DNA of 64,000 nucleotides from Rubripirellula sp. (lineage in GTDB: Bacteria > Planctomycetota > Planctomycetia > Pirellulales > Pirellulaceae): contig OZ244207.1 in assembly GCA_965216875.1 (NCBI GenBank), forward strand, positions 4,224,001 through 4,288,000, given 5' to 3'. Both the position numbers and the translations under genes were made by a program. The notes under the pieces are model-generated. The model made no database searches and was not told the DNA's origin. It saw only the letters and a program-made list of their open reading frames with translations. Below, in pieces: positions 51,082 through 61,877 of the stretch; the first letter of the stretch is position 1; each line of letters opens with the position of its first letter.

Positions 51082-51548
51082 CGTTACTCTCTGGTTGCTT
51101 GCCCTTCGCGATCGCGAAGTGCGTTGCTCTCAACTCGTGGCGTTGCGATCCAACACAACGCTGTTGTCCCATGGCAATTCGTTGCCACTTCGAATCCTGG
51201 ACCAACGCGAACGCCACAGAATGATTGCGTGTTAAGGCAAGCAGCCGTTCCACGGGTCAACGGGACCGATGGTAGGCAACAGAAGGCAATTTGATATGCC
51301 CGTCGAGAAGCTGGGTCCCTGCCCAGCGGAAGTCTCGCGATCGGAATACAGAGCCGGTGGAGGCCGGATGTCTCACGTTTTCCCGATCAATATCGTCGTG
51401 GCGACCGCAAAGGAGCGTCCGCCTATCAAGCAAAAACGTAGAGCGAGCGAGGGTTTATGGCAAGCCCTGGCCAGGATTTCCCAGGTTTTGGAATCATGGC
51501 TTGGAGGGAAGCTCATGAGCTGGGGCTTGTTGAGCCTGTTGAAGAAAG

Positions 51549-51869
51549 CCACCGAGGACACAGAGAGCACGGAGCGAGAATCCGAAGGGCTGGCGAGCGA
51601 TTCGTGCTCGTACTCAGCAAAGCCAGTGCCCGTGAGGCCGCGGGCCCTGAGGCCGCGGGCCCTGAGGCCGCGGGCCCTTGCCGACCGGCAGCTAGTGGAG
51701 CTTCGTTAGTGCCCGTGAGGTGAAGTGTTGCCCAGGTTAACGCGTGTTCCAACAATCACCCTCCCGCTTGCGGGAGGGTCGGACGCGAAGTCCGGGGAGG
51801 GAATGCGGCCAAACAATACAAACCCACTCCGGGCCTGAGAGCCCAACTCTCCCAAGGGAGAGTGTTTTG
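51549..51869. repeat. Mosaic of intergenic repeats and hairpins
   Basis: CACCGAGGACACAGAGAGCACGGAG; 3x TGAGGCCGCGGGCCC (51633-51677); ACCCTCCCGC-TT-GCGGGAGGGT (51758); ACTCTCCC-AA-GGGAGAGT (51846). Confidence 0.78.
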
Positions 51870-51889
51870 TGGGTCAGCCTGGCACAGAA

Positions 51890-52516
51890 CTAGTCGCGAT
51901 AGACGGGTTGATAACCGTCGTAGTAAGGAGCGACGGGGTAGGGCGTTCCCGGGCCAGCCGGATAGGGACTGAACAGCGTCGGGTCGCTCGGGCGGCGGCG
52001 CGGCTGTTGTCGCTCGCGAAAGATCCCATCAGGGTTGATCGGATCGTATTGCGATCGCGGGAATCGGATGCCACTGCCATCACCATCGCTTGGCAACGGT
52101 GTTGGTCGCGGACGACCGCCATACCCGCCACCATGGCCACCATGTCCGTAACCACCGTAGGGGAACCCAAAGCCGAGGTTGAAGCCAGCGTAAGGTGCAC
52201 CCCAATTCGGGTAGGGCGTGCTGAACGGACGGTAGGGGAATCGCCATTCGCCGTACGGTCGCACTTGATCACCCCACTCTTCGACTCGGTGATAGTTGTC
52301 AGCCGATTGCCCGTAGTTGAGCGAACTGCGCGTGTGGGTGTAGCCGCTCGTTCGAAAGTTGGGAACGGTAGCAGCGACCGGACCTTGAATAGGCTGGTAC
52401 TGCGCCACGCGTTGGCCAGTCGCGTCGTGCGAATAGGTGCTGGGAAGCGTCAACCAATCGGCAGACGCGTTCCCAGCAAGAAAAATCGCGATCGAACAGA
52501 GCAGAGGGTATCTCAT
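51890..52516 (-). CDS. secreted P/Y/G-rich hypothetical protein
   Basis: Signal peptide MRYPLLCSIAIFLAGNASA; low-complexity PYG-rich C-terminal half. Confidence 0.7.
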   Translation of the reverse strand: MRYPLLCSIAIFLAGNASADWLTLPSTYSHDATGQRVAQYQPIQGPVAATVPNFRTSGYTHTRSSLNYGQSADNYHRVEEWGDQVRPYGEWRFPYRPFSTPYPNWGAPYAGFNLGFGFPYGGYGHGGHGGGYGGRPRPTPLPSDGDGSGIRFPRSQYDPINPDGIFRERQQPRRRPSDPTLFSPYPAGPGTPYPVAPYYDGYQPVYRD

Positions 52517-52603
52517 GAACGCCAAAATAGTTCGCGTTCGATGCAGAGGTCGGACGAGCGGGGGTTGTTTCTGGCAAATCGGGGTGGGCGGCTTGCGCAA
52601 CCG

Positions 52604-53641
52604 CTACAGTCGACGTAGGCCATCCTCGGTCATCGGCGTCGGGATCTCAAAATCGATTTGATCGATACGATCCATCGTCTCTTGATCGAGAACGAGGTCG
52701 CGTGCAGCCAACGATTCATCAAGTTGCTCGATTGAGGTTGCCCCAATGATGGTCGACGCAACGAAGTCGTGCTGACGACTCCAGGCGACCGAAAGTGCAG
52801 TGACGGTGTGCCCAATCGAATCAGCGATCTCCGTCAATCGGCGCGTCGTCTCCAGAGTGCGGTCATTCACAAAACGCCGCGCCATCGCCTGTTGCCGATC
52901 ATTGCCCGTTTCGAGGTAGGCCGAGAAGCGCGCCCCCTCAGGATTGCCATCAAGATACTTGCCCGTCAGCACACCGCCACCAAGTGGCGAGTAGGGCAAC
53001 AGCGAGAGCTTTTCCTGGCGCAAACATTGGGCCAGTTCACTTTCGCAGCGACGATTGATCAAGCTGAAGTTGTTTTGGACCGTTTCATAGCGATCCACGC
53101 CATGACGATCGGCCGCCCACAGACTTTTCATCATGCCCCAAGTGGTCTCGTTGCTGGCACCAATGACCCGGACTTTGCCAGCATCACGAAGCTCCGTCAG
53201 CACACCCAACACCTCTTCATAGGGCATGTTGTGATCGGGCCAATGCGTTTGATAAAGGTCGATGTAGTCGGTCCCCAGACGCCTCAATGAGGCCTCGCAG
53301 GCATCGATGATCTGACGGCGGTCGAGCGCCGTTTTTCCGTGACGCACGGGCGGCTTGAACCAGCCATGGCCTGGGCCGGTGACCTTGGTCGCAACGATCA
53401 CCGCTTCGCGGGGCCGCGTCTTCAGCCAGCTCCCGAAAATCTCTTCGGTGACCCCAAAAGTTTCGGCATTGGGTGGGACGGGATACAATTCGGCGGCGTC
53501 AAAAAAGTCGATCCCTGCATCCCAGGCTCGGTCGCAAATGGCGTGACTGAGCGGAAGGTCACATTGACCGCCAAAGGTCATCGTGCCCATGCAGATATCC
53601 GAAACGACGACCCCACTACTGCCCAAACGTCGATGTTGCAT
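52604..53641 (-). CDS. aldo/keto reductase (Tas-like)
   Basis: CMGTMTFG, FFDAAELYPVP, ATKV, DYIDLYQTHWP, YSPLGGG. Confidence 0.93.
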   Translation of the reverse strand: MQHRRLGSSGVVVSDICMGTMTFGGQCDLPLSHAICDRAWDAGIDFFDAAELYPVPPNAETFGVTEEIFGSWLKTRPREAVIVATKVTGPGHGWFKPPVRHGKTALDRRQIIDACEASLRRLGTDYIDLYQTHWPDHNMPYEEVLGVLTELRDAGKVRVIGASNETTWGMMKSLWAADRHGVDRYETVQNNFSLINRRCESELAQCLRQEKLSLLPYSPLGGGVLTGKYLDGNPEGARFSAYLETGNDRQQAMARRFVNDRTLETTRRLTEIADSIGHTVTALSVAWSRQHDFVASTIIGATSIEQLDESLAARDLVLDQETMDRIDQIDFEIPTPMTEDGLRRL

Positions 53642-53948
53642 CACTAAGAAGTCCTTTCCAACGCCTGCGGTGTTAAACCGTGACGAATAAAACGGCAAAA
53701 AAACCGCCGAGACACGTCAAAAACCCGCCAATCCGATTCTGGTGAGATAATTTGACCCTCGGCTGCTAGAATACAGTTCCTACCACCAGGTTGCTTCCCC
53801 AGCAACCAACCACGCGATCTCGCCAGCCCCTCCTGAATGAAAAGCTGGCAGACGCATGAATTGGCACCTTGGTTGCAGCAACAGTTTGCGGCGGTGTGGT
53901 TGCTTGCCAGGAAACGCCTTCGACACCAAGACGAACGCAATAGAAAGT

Positions 53949-55139
53949 ATGGATCAGGACTCGCATGACATTTCGTTCTCGGTGCCATTTGTGCATCGTT
54001 TGCGAGTGACTACGGAAGTCGCCGGTGATGACTTTGCAACGCTGCTAGAGGTCCTCGAGTCAGGCGATGGTGGCGATGCCAAGGTGCTTGTGGTTGCCGA
54101 AAACCAAGTCGCCGATGCAGGCCCTCGCGTCAAAGCGATCACGCGACGGCTCGCATCAAGCGATGGCATCAAACTGGTTTCCGCCCCCTTCATGGTTGAC
54201 GGCGGCGAAACGATCAAGAACTCCAGCGACACCGTCAAGCAACTGCTCCGCGAGATCAACGATCACAACCTTGACCGTCGCAGTTACATCGTTGCCATCG
54301 GCGGCGGCGCGATGCTCGACGCCGTCGGCTACGCAGCCGCAATCGCTCACCGCGGCATCCGCTTGGTCCGGCTCCCCACCACCACACTCGCCCAAGGCGA
54401 CTCGGGCGTGGGCGTCAAAAACGCGATCAACTACTTCGACAAGAAAAACTGGATCGGTACCTTTGCCGTTCCGTGGGCTGTCATCAACGATGCAGGACTG
54501 CTGCAAACGCTGCCCGATCGCGATTTCCGCTCTGGCTTTTCTGAAGCGATCAAAGTGTCGCTGTTAAAAGACCGCAATGAATTCGATTGGCTGTGCGATC
54601 ACGCTGGTGAAATCCATGATCGCGAGATGGAAGCTTCGACGCGTGCGATTCATCACGCGTGCATGCTTCACTTGCGGCACATCACCGAAGGGGGCGACCC
54701 CTTTGAGATGCTCGAAGCGCGCCCGCTCGACTTCGGGCACTGGTCGGCGCACAAACTCGAGCCGTTGACCAAGTACGAAATTCGCCATGGTGAAGCGGTC
54801 GCGATCGGTGTGGCCATCGACTGCATTTACTCGTCGATGAAGTTTGGATTCCCCGAAGAAGATGCGATGCGAGTCTGCAACGCAACGCGAGACTTGGGGA
54901 TGTCGCTTTGGCACCCGATGCTCAATCCGATCGATCGATTGATGAAGGGGCTCGAAGAGTTTCGACAACACCTCGGTGGTCGACTGACCATCACGATGCT
55001 CCGCGCGGTCGGAGATCCAATCAATGTGCATGAGATTGATGACGCCGTGATGCGTAAAGCAATCCATCGCCTCGCCGACATCGCCGGCGTTTCGGCAACC
55101 AATGACCAAACTGTCGCCAGCAAGTCGTACTCGGCCTGA
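53949..55139 (+). CDS. 3-dehydroquinate synthase-like sugar-phosphate cyclase (EboD-like)
   Basis: GGGAMLDAVG, PTTTLAQGDSGVGVKN, PLDFGHWSAHKLE, HGEAVAIG, GLEEFRQHLGG. Confidence 0.85.
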   Translation: MDQDSHDISFSVPFVHRLRVTTEVAGDDFATLLEVLESGDGGDAKVLVVAENQVADAGPRVKAITRRLASSDGIKLVSAPFMVDGGETIKNSSDTVKQLLREINDHNLDRRSYIVAIGGGAMLDAVGYAAAIAHRGIRLVRLPTTTLAQGDSGVGVKNAINYFDKKNWIGTFAVPWAVINDAGLLQTLPDRDFRSGFSEAIKVSLLKDRNEFDWLCDHAGEIHDREMEASTRAIHHACMLHLRHITEGGDPFEMLEARPLDFGHWSAHKLEPLTKYEIRHGEAVAIGVAIDCIYSSMKFGFPEEDAMRVCNATRDLGMSLWHPMLNPIDRLMKGLEEFRQHLGGRLTITMLRAVGDPINVHEIDDAVMRKAIHRLADIAGVSATNDQTVASKSYSA

Positions 55140-55245
55140 CCTCACTTTTTGAGCCGCGATTCTCGCAAAAAGCAAAGCCCCGTACGTGAGCGGGGTAACA
55201 AGGTACGGACGGGAACGTCCGAAGAGTGCGAAACGAAGCCCACGC

Positions 55246-55509
55246 TCAGCTGTGGCGGCTTTTCCCGCCCCCGGAACGGCCGATGGAAAAGCCGTCCGAA
55301 TCGTCCACTTCTTCGTCGCTGATGACGGCATCATCGACCCATCGCGCGATCGTGATCGCTTCGCGAATCGAGCGTTTCATCCACGCTGATTCCTGGCCCT
55401 CTTCGACCCGCCCCGAAGAGATGTAGGCGGCATAGATTTCTGAAGAGGCGCGGACAATGACCGCTTCGCTCTTCTGCAACTTGAAATGGTTTTTCTTGTT
55501 CTTGGCCAT
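55246..55509 (-). CDS. small hypothetical protein
   Basis: 87-aa ORF (SEAVIVRASSEIYAAYI..WMKRSIREAI) with ATG start, downstream of the dehydrogenase. Confidence 0.65.
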   Translation of the reverse strand: MAKNKKNHFKLQKSEAVIVRASSEIYAAYISSGRVEEGQESAWMKRSIREAITIARWVDDAVISDEEVDDSDGFSIGRSGGGKSRHS

Positions 55510-55640
55510 GGACCGACGCGACTGCGAGAGATGATAGAAGGAGGCCGCGAACCGGAGGTCCTGCAGCTGACAACATCATACTCAAAACGGTGCGCTGCCG
55601 CCCGTTCGGCGTCCCTACTCGCCCACTTTGCCCAACGAAT

Positions 55641-56744
55641 CTACTCGTCGGCGACGTTCACAAAGACCTTCAAGGCATCTTTGTCTTCGACCAACAGCCG
55701 CATCATTTCGGCGTAGTTATCGAGCCCGTCGACGGGATTGGTCAGGATCTTTTCGAGGACGCCCGGATACATCATGTCGCCGAGGGCAAGATCGCGAATG
55801 CCCGACTCGAAGTGGGTGCGGTTCGCATTCACACTTCCAAGCAGCAGCTTGTTGCCCAACACCCAGTGCAGGTTGATGTTGTCTGACGGAACTTCGATCG
55901 ACTTGTCGCCGCCCGTGATCCCCGTCCAAACGACCACTCCGTTGTGGCCGAGATGCTGCATCGCCTCGAAGGCCAGCGCGCTACTGCCCGTCGCGTCGAC
56001 GATCAGATCCGGCTTACCGGTCTGCGCGACCAAATCGGCCATCGATGTGTTGCGTGTGCTAACGTAGGTCGCTTCCAATCCGTCGACGATTTCCGATTTC
56101 AGGTTTGGGGCTTCGCCGCGTGCAACGGTATAGACTTCCAAACCACGCAACTTGAGCACCAACGTGGTCAGCAGGCCGATTTGGCCTGCCCCCAAGACGT
56201 AGGCAACCTTGGGCCGCCAAACCTTCATCCGCTGCTGAGCCTCATAGGCTTGCTGGACCGCCTTGGCCGCACAGCTCATCGGCTCCTGCAACACGTGCAA
56301 GTGCTTCAAGCCCTGGGGCACGCGAACGATGTATTCCTCTTCGTCGACGAAGTACTCGGTCAGATAACCGTGACGCAGGTTGATGCCGCGCTCGTAGTAC
56401 TCCTCTTCGCTGGTCATGTCGTTGGTGCCGATCAAGTCATAGATCGAACCACCAGGACGGCGGACCGTCGCCGTGACGTAGTCGCCTGGCTTGACCCGTT
56501 TGACGTTTTCGCCGACCGCTTCGACGATCCCAAACGACTCGTGCCCGATCACCAAATAGTCATCACCGGCTGGGGCGTTGCCATAAAGGGCGTCGTTAAT
56601 CTCGCGATCCGTCGCGTCGACCCCCACCTTCAGGACTTTGACGAGCACGCCCATTCCACCGGGAATATCGTCCAACGAGGGCTTGTTGATGTCTTCTAGA
56701 TGGACGCTGTTTGGAGTTCCGGGGGTGACCGCAACGGCTTTCAT
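55641..56744 (-). CDS. Zn-dependent (MDR) glucose 1-dehydrogenase-like enzyme
   Basis: [44 protein letters not shown]. Confidence 0.88.
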   Translation of the reverse strand: MKAVAVTPGTPNSVHLEDINKPSLDDIPGGMGVLVKVLKVGVDATDREINDALYGNAPAGDDYLVIGHESFGIVEAVGENVKRVKPGDYVTATVRRPGGSIYDLIGTNDMTSEEEYYERGINLRHGYLTEYFVDEEEYIVRVPQGLKHLHVLQEPMSCAAKAVQQAYEAQQRMKVWRPKVAYVLGAGQIGLLTTLVLKLRGLEVYTVARGEAPNLKSEIVDGLEATYVSTRNTSMADLVAQTGKPDLIVDATGSSALAFEAMQHLGHNGVVVWTGITGGDKSIEVPSDNINLHWVLGNKLLLGSVNANRTHFESGIRDLALGDMMYPGVLEKILTNPVDGLDNYAEMMRLLVEDKDALKVFVNVADE

Positions 56745-56915
56745 CAGGGTTACTCGAAAGTCAAAAAAGTGGTGACTGTTTAGAAATTGAGAGCGAAATC
56801 GTAGCAGGCGAGCCGAGGCAGTGAGAGGGGAGACAACTGCCGAAAATGGCGTTCCGCGGGGCCGATCCTGGGTCTCTAAACGAAAATAATGGCGGCCAAC
56901 TTGCCCAAGAAGCTA

Positions 56916-56941
56916 TTTTTCACAACAGCGGTTGTCAAAAA
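56916..56941. promoter_or_regulatory. palindrome upstream of sufR (candidate SufR operator)
   Basis: TTTTTcACAAC-AGCG-GTTGTcAAAAA about 95 bp before the regulator start codon. Confidence 0.6.
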
Positions 56942-57035
56942 AACCAGCTTCCCTAGACTATCAACAGATGCCCAGGGGGATGTTTTTCCTCGGAAAACCG
57001 CCTGTTAGCCCATTTTTTAGCAATCAACGCCACTG

Positions 57036-57701
57036 ATGACTACGCCTGCACCAACCGAGCTGCGAAGCGTCGACCGCGAACTGCTGACCCACCTTCGACG
57101 TGGGGAATCAGCGGGCGTTGGGGAATTGACCGAGATGCTCGGCGTGACCGCGACGGCGGTGCGACAACGTGTCGACCGGTTGCTCGAGATGGGGCTGATC
57201 GAGCGAGAGAAAGTGGTCGCTGGCCGTGGCCGGCCGACTTACCGATACAAGTTGACCGTGCTGGGCCATCAACGGGCGGGAGCCAATCCTGCCGAACTCG
57301 CCGACGTGATGTGGCGAGAGATTTTGGAACTCGATGATTCCGAGACCCGCCAGCGATTGCTTTCTTCGATCGCAGCACGACTCGGAAAGCAATTCGCCGA
57401 CCAATGTGGTTGCGGTTGCAAAGGCGACTCGGTCCAGTCGCGTATGAAAAAGCTGGCCGAGGTGCTGACCGACCGACAGATCACCAGCGAAGTGATTGAG
57501 TCGAACAGTTTGCCGGTTCTTGACTTCGGAGCGTGTCCTTATCCAGGACTTAGCGAAGCGTCGGACGACCGCGCGATGTGCCGGCTCGAAGAAGAAATGA
57601 TCTCTGAAGCACTTGGCCAGCCCGTGCAACTGAGCAGCTGTCGACTCGACGGCGACTCCTGTTGCCAATTTTCAATGGTCGAGCAAAGCGAAACCAACTA
57701 A
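57036..57701 (+). CDS. sufR: SufR-like HTH Fe-S cluster regulator
   Basis: HTH LGVTATAVRQ..GRGRP; C-terminal CPY..MCRLEE..CRLDGDSCCQF cysteines; heads the suf operon. Confidence 0.8.
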   Translation: MTTPAPTELRSVDRELLTHLRRGESAGVGELTEMLGVTATAVRQRVDRLLEMGLIEREKVVAGRGRPTYRYKLTVLGHQRAGANPAELADVMWREILELDDSETRQRLLSSIAARLGKQFADQCGCGCKGDSVQSRMKKLAEVLTDRQITSEVIESNSLPVLDFGACPYPGLSEASDDRAMCRLEEEMISEALGQPVQLSSCRLDGDSCCQFSMVEQSETN

Positions 57702-57750
57702 CACACCCAACACGACAACGTTTTCAATTCGGATCTCCGTTAAAGCAAAG

Positions 57751-58566
57751 ATGACACACGTACTGAAAATCGAAGGGCTTCACGTTTCTGTTGGCGACAA
57801 GCCAATCCTTCGTGGCGTCGACTTGACGATCAAGCATGGTGAAACTCACGCGTTGATGGGTCCAAACGGTAGCGGCAAGAGCACGCTCGGTTTGGCCATC
57901 ATGGGCCATCCCAATTACGAAGTGACCGGCGGCAGCATCACGCTGGACGGCCAAGACCTTTTGGAAATGGAACCCGACGAGCGAGCTCGCAGCGGTGTCT
58001 TCATGGCCTTCCAACGCCCGATGGCGATTCCCGGCGTGAAGATGGCTGACTTTTTGCGTCATGCAACGACCAACGTTCGCAATCCCGACCGCAAGGAAGG
58101 CGAAGAGTTGATTCCGATGCGCGAGTTCCGAAAAGAACTCAAGGACAAGATGAATCACCTGCGAATGGACATGGACTTCGCTCGCCGTTACGTCAACGAC
58201 GGTTTTTCGGGCGGCGAAATGAAGCGAGCCGAGATTTTGCAACTCGCGATGCTCCAGCCCAAGTTCGCTGTCCTCGACGAAACGGACTCGGGTCTCGACG
58301 CCGACGCCGTCCGCTTGGCAAGTGAATCGATCGCCGACATCGGCCATCAAAAGATGGGCCTTTTGATCATCACTCACCACGACAAACTGCTCGAGCACAA
58401 CCCACCGCAGTTCACTCACGTGATGCTTGGCGGCCGTTTGGTCGAAACAGGTGGTCGTGAACTGGCCGAAGAATTGCACGAACGTGGTTACGACCGCATT
58501 CGCCAGGCCTACCCCGATGCCGAAGCGGCCAACCAAGAGATGCTCTCTGAAGAAGCTGCCGTTTAA
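57751..58566 (+). CDS. sufC: Fe-S assembly ATPase SufC
   Basis: MGPNGSGKST, FSGGEMKRAEILQ, LDETDSGLD. Confidence 0.97.
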   Translation: MTHVLKIEGLHVSVGDKPILRGVDLTIKHGETHALMGPNGSGKSTLGLAIMGHPNYEVTGGSITLDGQDLLEMEPDERARSGVFMAFQRPMAIPGVKMADFLRHATTNVRNPDRKEGEELIPMREFRKELKDKMNHLRMDMDFARRYVNDGFSGGEMKRAEILQLAMLQPKFAVLDETDSGLDADAVRLASESIADIGHQKMGLLIITHHDKLLEHNPPQFTHVMLGGRLVETGGRELAEELHERGYDRIRQAYPDAEAANQEMLSEEAAV

Positions 58567-58655
58567 TTTTCATGATCACGCTTGGTTAGCCACCGAGGCG
58601 AACCGCCGAGCGTTTTAGCGAATCAACATTTTTTCCGTCACTGTTGCTTGCCACT

Positions 58656-60062
58656 ATGTCGACCGACGTCACCGAATCCGCCGAAATCGGCGAAATCAAC
58701 AAGTACAACTTCCGCACCGAAACCAAAGGTGTCTTCAAAGCTCGAAAGGGCATTGATGCCGAAATCGTGAACCAGATTTCGGACATCAAGGAAGAACCTG
58801 ATTGGATGCGTGAGTTTCGCTTGCACGCACTCGATGTCTTCAACTCAAAGCCAATGCCCAAGTGGGGCGGCGACATCGAGATCGATTTCCAGGACATCTT
58901 CTATTACCTCAAGCCGACCAACGAGCAGGGGAAGACCTGGGACGATGTTCCGCAGGAGATCAAAGACACCTTTGACAAGCTCGGCATTCCCGAAGCGGAA
59001 CGCAAGTTCCTTGCCGGAGTGAAAGCGCAATTCGAAAGTGAAGTGATCTACGGTTCGCTTGAAGAAGACCTCGCCAAGAAAGGCGTCATCTTTACCGACA
59101 CCGACACGGCGGTCCGCGAGCATCCCGAATTGCTCCGCGAGTACTTTGGCAAGATCATCCCGACCGAAGACAACAAGTTCTCGGCGCTCAACAGCGCCGT
59201 ATGGTCGGGTGGCTCGTTCATCTACGTGCCAAAGGGCGTCCACATCGACTTCCCGCTGCAAGCCTACTTCCGCATCAACGCCCAAAACATGGGTCAATTC
59301 GAGCGGACGTTGATCATCGTCGACGAAGGGGCCAGCGTGCACTACGTCGAAGGCTGCACCGCGCCGATGTACAGCACCGAAAGCTTGCACAGCGCCGTGG
59401 TCGAAGTTCTGGTCAAAGAAGGGGCTCGTTGCCGCTACACGACGATCCAAAACTGGGCCAACAACATCTACAACTTGGTCACCAAACGTGCTCACGCCTA
59501 TCGCGATGCGACGATGGAATGGGTCGACGGAAACCTGGGCAGCAAGTTGACGATGAAGTACCCAGCGGTCCACATGAAAGAACCTGGGGCTCGCGGTGAA
59601 ATCTTGTCGATCGCGTTTGCAAGTGCTGGCCAACATCAAGACGCCGGTGCAAAGTTGGTTCACGAAGCACCCAACACGACCGGACAGATCATCAGCAAGA
59701 GTATCAGCAAGAATGGCGGCCGCAGCAGCTATCGCGGGCTCGTTCGCGTTGATCCCGGTGCTCACAACAGCAAGAACAACGTTGTTTGCGACGCATTGAT
59801 CCTCGATCCCGAAAGCCGCAGCGACACTTACCCCTACATCGAAATCTCGGAACAAGACGTCCAGATCGGACACGAAGCGAGCGTTTCGCGTATCGGCGAA
59901 GAACAGATGTTCTATCTGCTAAGCCGCGGACTGACCGAACAGGAAGCGAGCACGATGATCGTCAATGGATTCATCGAACCGCTCGTCAAAGAGTTGCCGA
60001 TGGAATACGCGATCGAAATGAATCGCTTGATCCAACTACAAATGGAAGGCAGCGTCGGATAG
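58656..60062 (+). CDS. sufB: Fe-S assembly scaffold SufB
   Basis: [41 protein letters not shown]. Confidence 0.97.
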   Translation: MSTDVTESAEIGEINKYNFRTETKGVFKARKGIDAEIVNQISDIKEEPDWMREFRLHALDVFNSKPMPKWGGDIEIDFQDIFYYLKPTNEQGKTWDDVPQEIKDTFDKLGIPEAERKFLAGVKAQFESEVIYGSLEEDLAKKGVIFTDTDTAVREHPELLREYFGKIIPTEDNKFSALNSAVWSGGSFIYVPKGVHIDFPLQAYFRINAQNMGQFERTLIIVDEGASVHYVEGCTAPMYSTESLHSAVVEVLVKEGARCRYTTIQNWANNIYNLVTKRAHAYRDATMEWVDGNLGSKLTMKYPAVHMKEPGARGEILSIAFASAGQHQDAGAKLVHEAPNTTGQIISKSISKNGGRSSYRGLVRVDPGAHNSKNNVVCDALILDPESRSDTYPYIEISEQDVQIGHEASVSRIGEEQMFYLLSRGLTEQEASTMIVNGFIEPLVKELPMEYAIEMNRLIQLQMEGSVG

Positions 60063-60194
60063 TTCTCGCCTTGGCGTTAGCTTTCCCGCTGTCACTTACC
60101 CACTCAAACTTTTTTCATGCATCGGCGAACCTGCTTTCGTCCGGTGCGAATGCGGCGTCCAAATCGAAATCGCCAATCCGAAAGAAACTGATTG

Positions 60195-61499
60195 ATGACT
60201 CAAACTGCAACCACCGCTTTTGACGCCGCCGGCCTCGACGCTTTCATGGCCGCTCGCAGCGAACCCGATTGGTTGATCAACCTCCGTCGTGAAGCGTTCC
60301 AACACGCCGACGCGATGGCCTGGCCTGATCGCCGTCACGAGGAATGGATTCGCACCGACGTCCGTGCTTTTCAACTCAGCAAATACAACGCCCCGGCTGT
60401 TTCGACCGATACCACCGAAACAGCACACCAGCTTCGCGCCGACGTCGACACTGCGGGCACGATCGAAACGATCGACAGTTGCCTGATCGGCGAAGAGCTT
60501 GACGCGAAGTACGCTGACAAAGGTGTCTTGTTCGGAAGCCTAGAACGATTCTGTAGCGAACAACCGGAACTTGTTCGCCAACACCTGTTCACCGCGTTCG
60601 ATTCCGACCATGACAAGTTCGCCGCTTTGCACGCAGCGTTTTGGTCGGGCGGACAATTCCTTTACGTCCCCCGCGGCGTGGTCATCGACCGTCCCATTCA
60701 CATCGGTTCGATGTTGACCGATGGCGGAAGCGACACGACCCACACGTTGATCGTGCTTGAAGAAGGCGCCGAAGCGACGGTCCTGCACGAATCCAACGGT
60801 GCGACAACCGCGGGTGCCGGTTTGCACTTGGGCGGCGTGGAACTGATCCAACGCCCTGGCTCGCACCTGCGATACGTGAACCTGCAAGAGTGGGGTCACA
60901 AGACCTACAACTTCGCTCAGCAAAAAGCGGTTGTTGATCGCGACGCGACACTCCAGTGGACGATCGCTGCGATGGGGTCGATGCTGACCAAGGTGAACCA
61001 ATCGGTCGATCTGGTTGGCGAAGGAGCCAACAGCCAAGTCAACGGCGTGATGTTCACCGAAGCTCGACAACACATCGCCTACCACACGCTTCAGCACCAC
61101 ATCGCTCCGAACTGCCACAGCGACTTCCTTTACAAGTCGGCCCAACAGGATCGAAGCCGCACCGTTTGGCGCGGGATGATCAAGGTCGACAAGGAAGCGC
61201 AAAAGACCGATGGCTACCAACGTAACGACAACTTGGTGCTTTCTAATTCGTCACGAGCCGATTCGATTCCCGGACTCGAAATCGAAGCCGATGACGTTCG
61301 CTGCACCCACGGCAGCACCACCGCCAAAGTTGATGAAGAGCTGATCTTCTACGCTCGCTGCCGCGGCTACACGCGTAAAGAAGCTGTACGGATGATCGTC
61401 AGTGGCTTCTTCCAACAAATTTTTGATCGCATCACGATCGACAGCGTCCGCGATGCACTTGGGGCGGCTATCGCCCGACAAGTCCGCGAGTACGAATAA
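60195..61499 (+). CDS. sufD: Fe-S assembly protein SufD
   Basis: EEWIRTD, FAALHAA, AQKTDGYQ, PGLEIEADDVRCTHG. Confidence 0.95.
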   Translation: MTQTATTAFDAAGLDAFMAARSEPDWLINLRREAFQHADAMAWPDRRHEEWIRTDVRAFQLSKYNAPAVSTDTTETAHQLRADVDTAGTIETIDSCLIGEELDAKYADKGVLFGSLERFCSEQPELVRQHLFTAFDSDHDKFAALHAAFWSGGQFLYVPRGVVIDRPIHIGSMLTDGGSDTTHTLIVLEEGAEATVLHESNGATTAGAGLHLGGVELIQRPGSHLRYVNLQEWGHKTYNFAQQKAVVDRDATLQWTIAAMGSMLTKVNQSVDLVGEGANSQVNGVMFTEARQHIAYHTLQHHIAPNCHSDFLYKSAQQDRSRTVWRGMIKVDKEAQKTDGYQRNDNLVLSNSSRADSIPGLEIEADDVRCTHGSTTAKVDEELIFYARCRGYTRKEAVRMIVSGFFQQIFDRITIDSVRDALGAAIARQVREYE

Positions 61500-61532
61500 C
61501 GAACACCCCTCTAGATTCCCTGGACAGATGCC

Positions 61533-61853
61533 ATGGCACTCACCGAAGAGACGGTCCGCGAAGCACTCAAACAAGTCATTGACCCCGAACTTTACGTCAA
61601 TATCGTCGACCTTGGTCTGATCTACGTGGTCGAGATCGAAGACGAAAATGACGAGGGCACGCACGACATCAACATCGAAATGACGATGACCAGCCCGATG
61701 TGCCCCGCTGGCCCCCAGCTCGTCTCGGGCTCGAAAGCGGCCGCCGAGGGGCTCGAAGAAGTGCGCAACTGCGAAGTCAAAGTGGTGATGGAACCACAAT
61801 GGACACCCGATAAAATGACCGACGAGGCCCGGGACCATCTCGGGATCTTTTGA
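61533..61853 (+). CDS. sufT: DUF59/MIP18 Fe-S maturation factor (SufT-like)
   Basis: VIDPELYVNIVDLGLIY, MTMTSPMCP, EPQWTPDKM. Confidence 0.9.
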   Translation: MALTEETVREALKQVIDPELYVNIVDLGLIYVVEIEDENDEGTHDINIEMTMTSPMCPAGPQLVSGSKAAAEGLEEVRNCEVKVVMEPQWTPDKMTDEARDHLGIF

Positions 61854-61877
61854 TCTCCCCTTTGAAGGGGCTTTTCC

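Noticed and set aside
51269..51755. ORFs of 65-146 aa with RPRAL/AAGPE repeats
   Set aside because: They translate the intergenic 15-bp tandem repeat and other repeat elements; no recognisable domain.
57724..59873. Long antisense ORFs opposite sufC/sufB (similar ones lie opposite nupC and the BatA gene)
   Set aside because: Shadow ORFs from codon bias in GC-rich coding DNA; the sense genes are clear conserved families.
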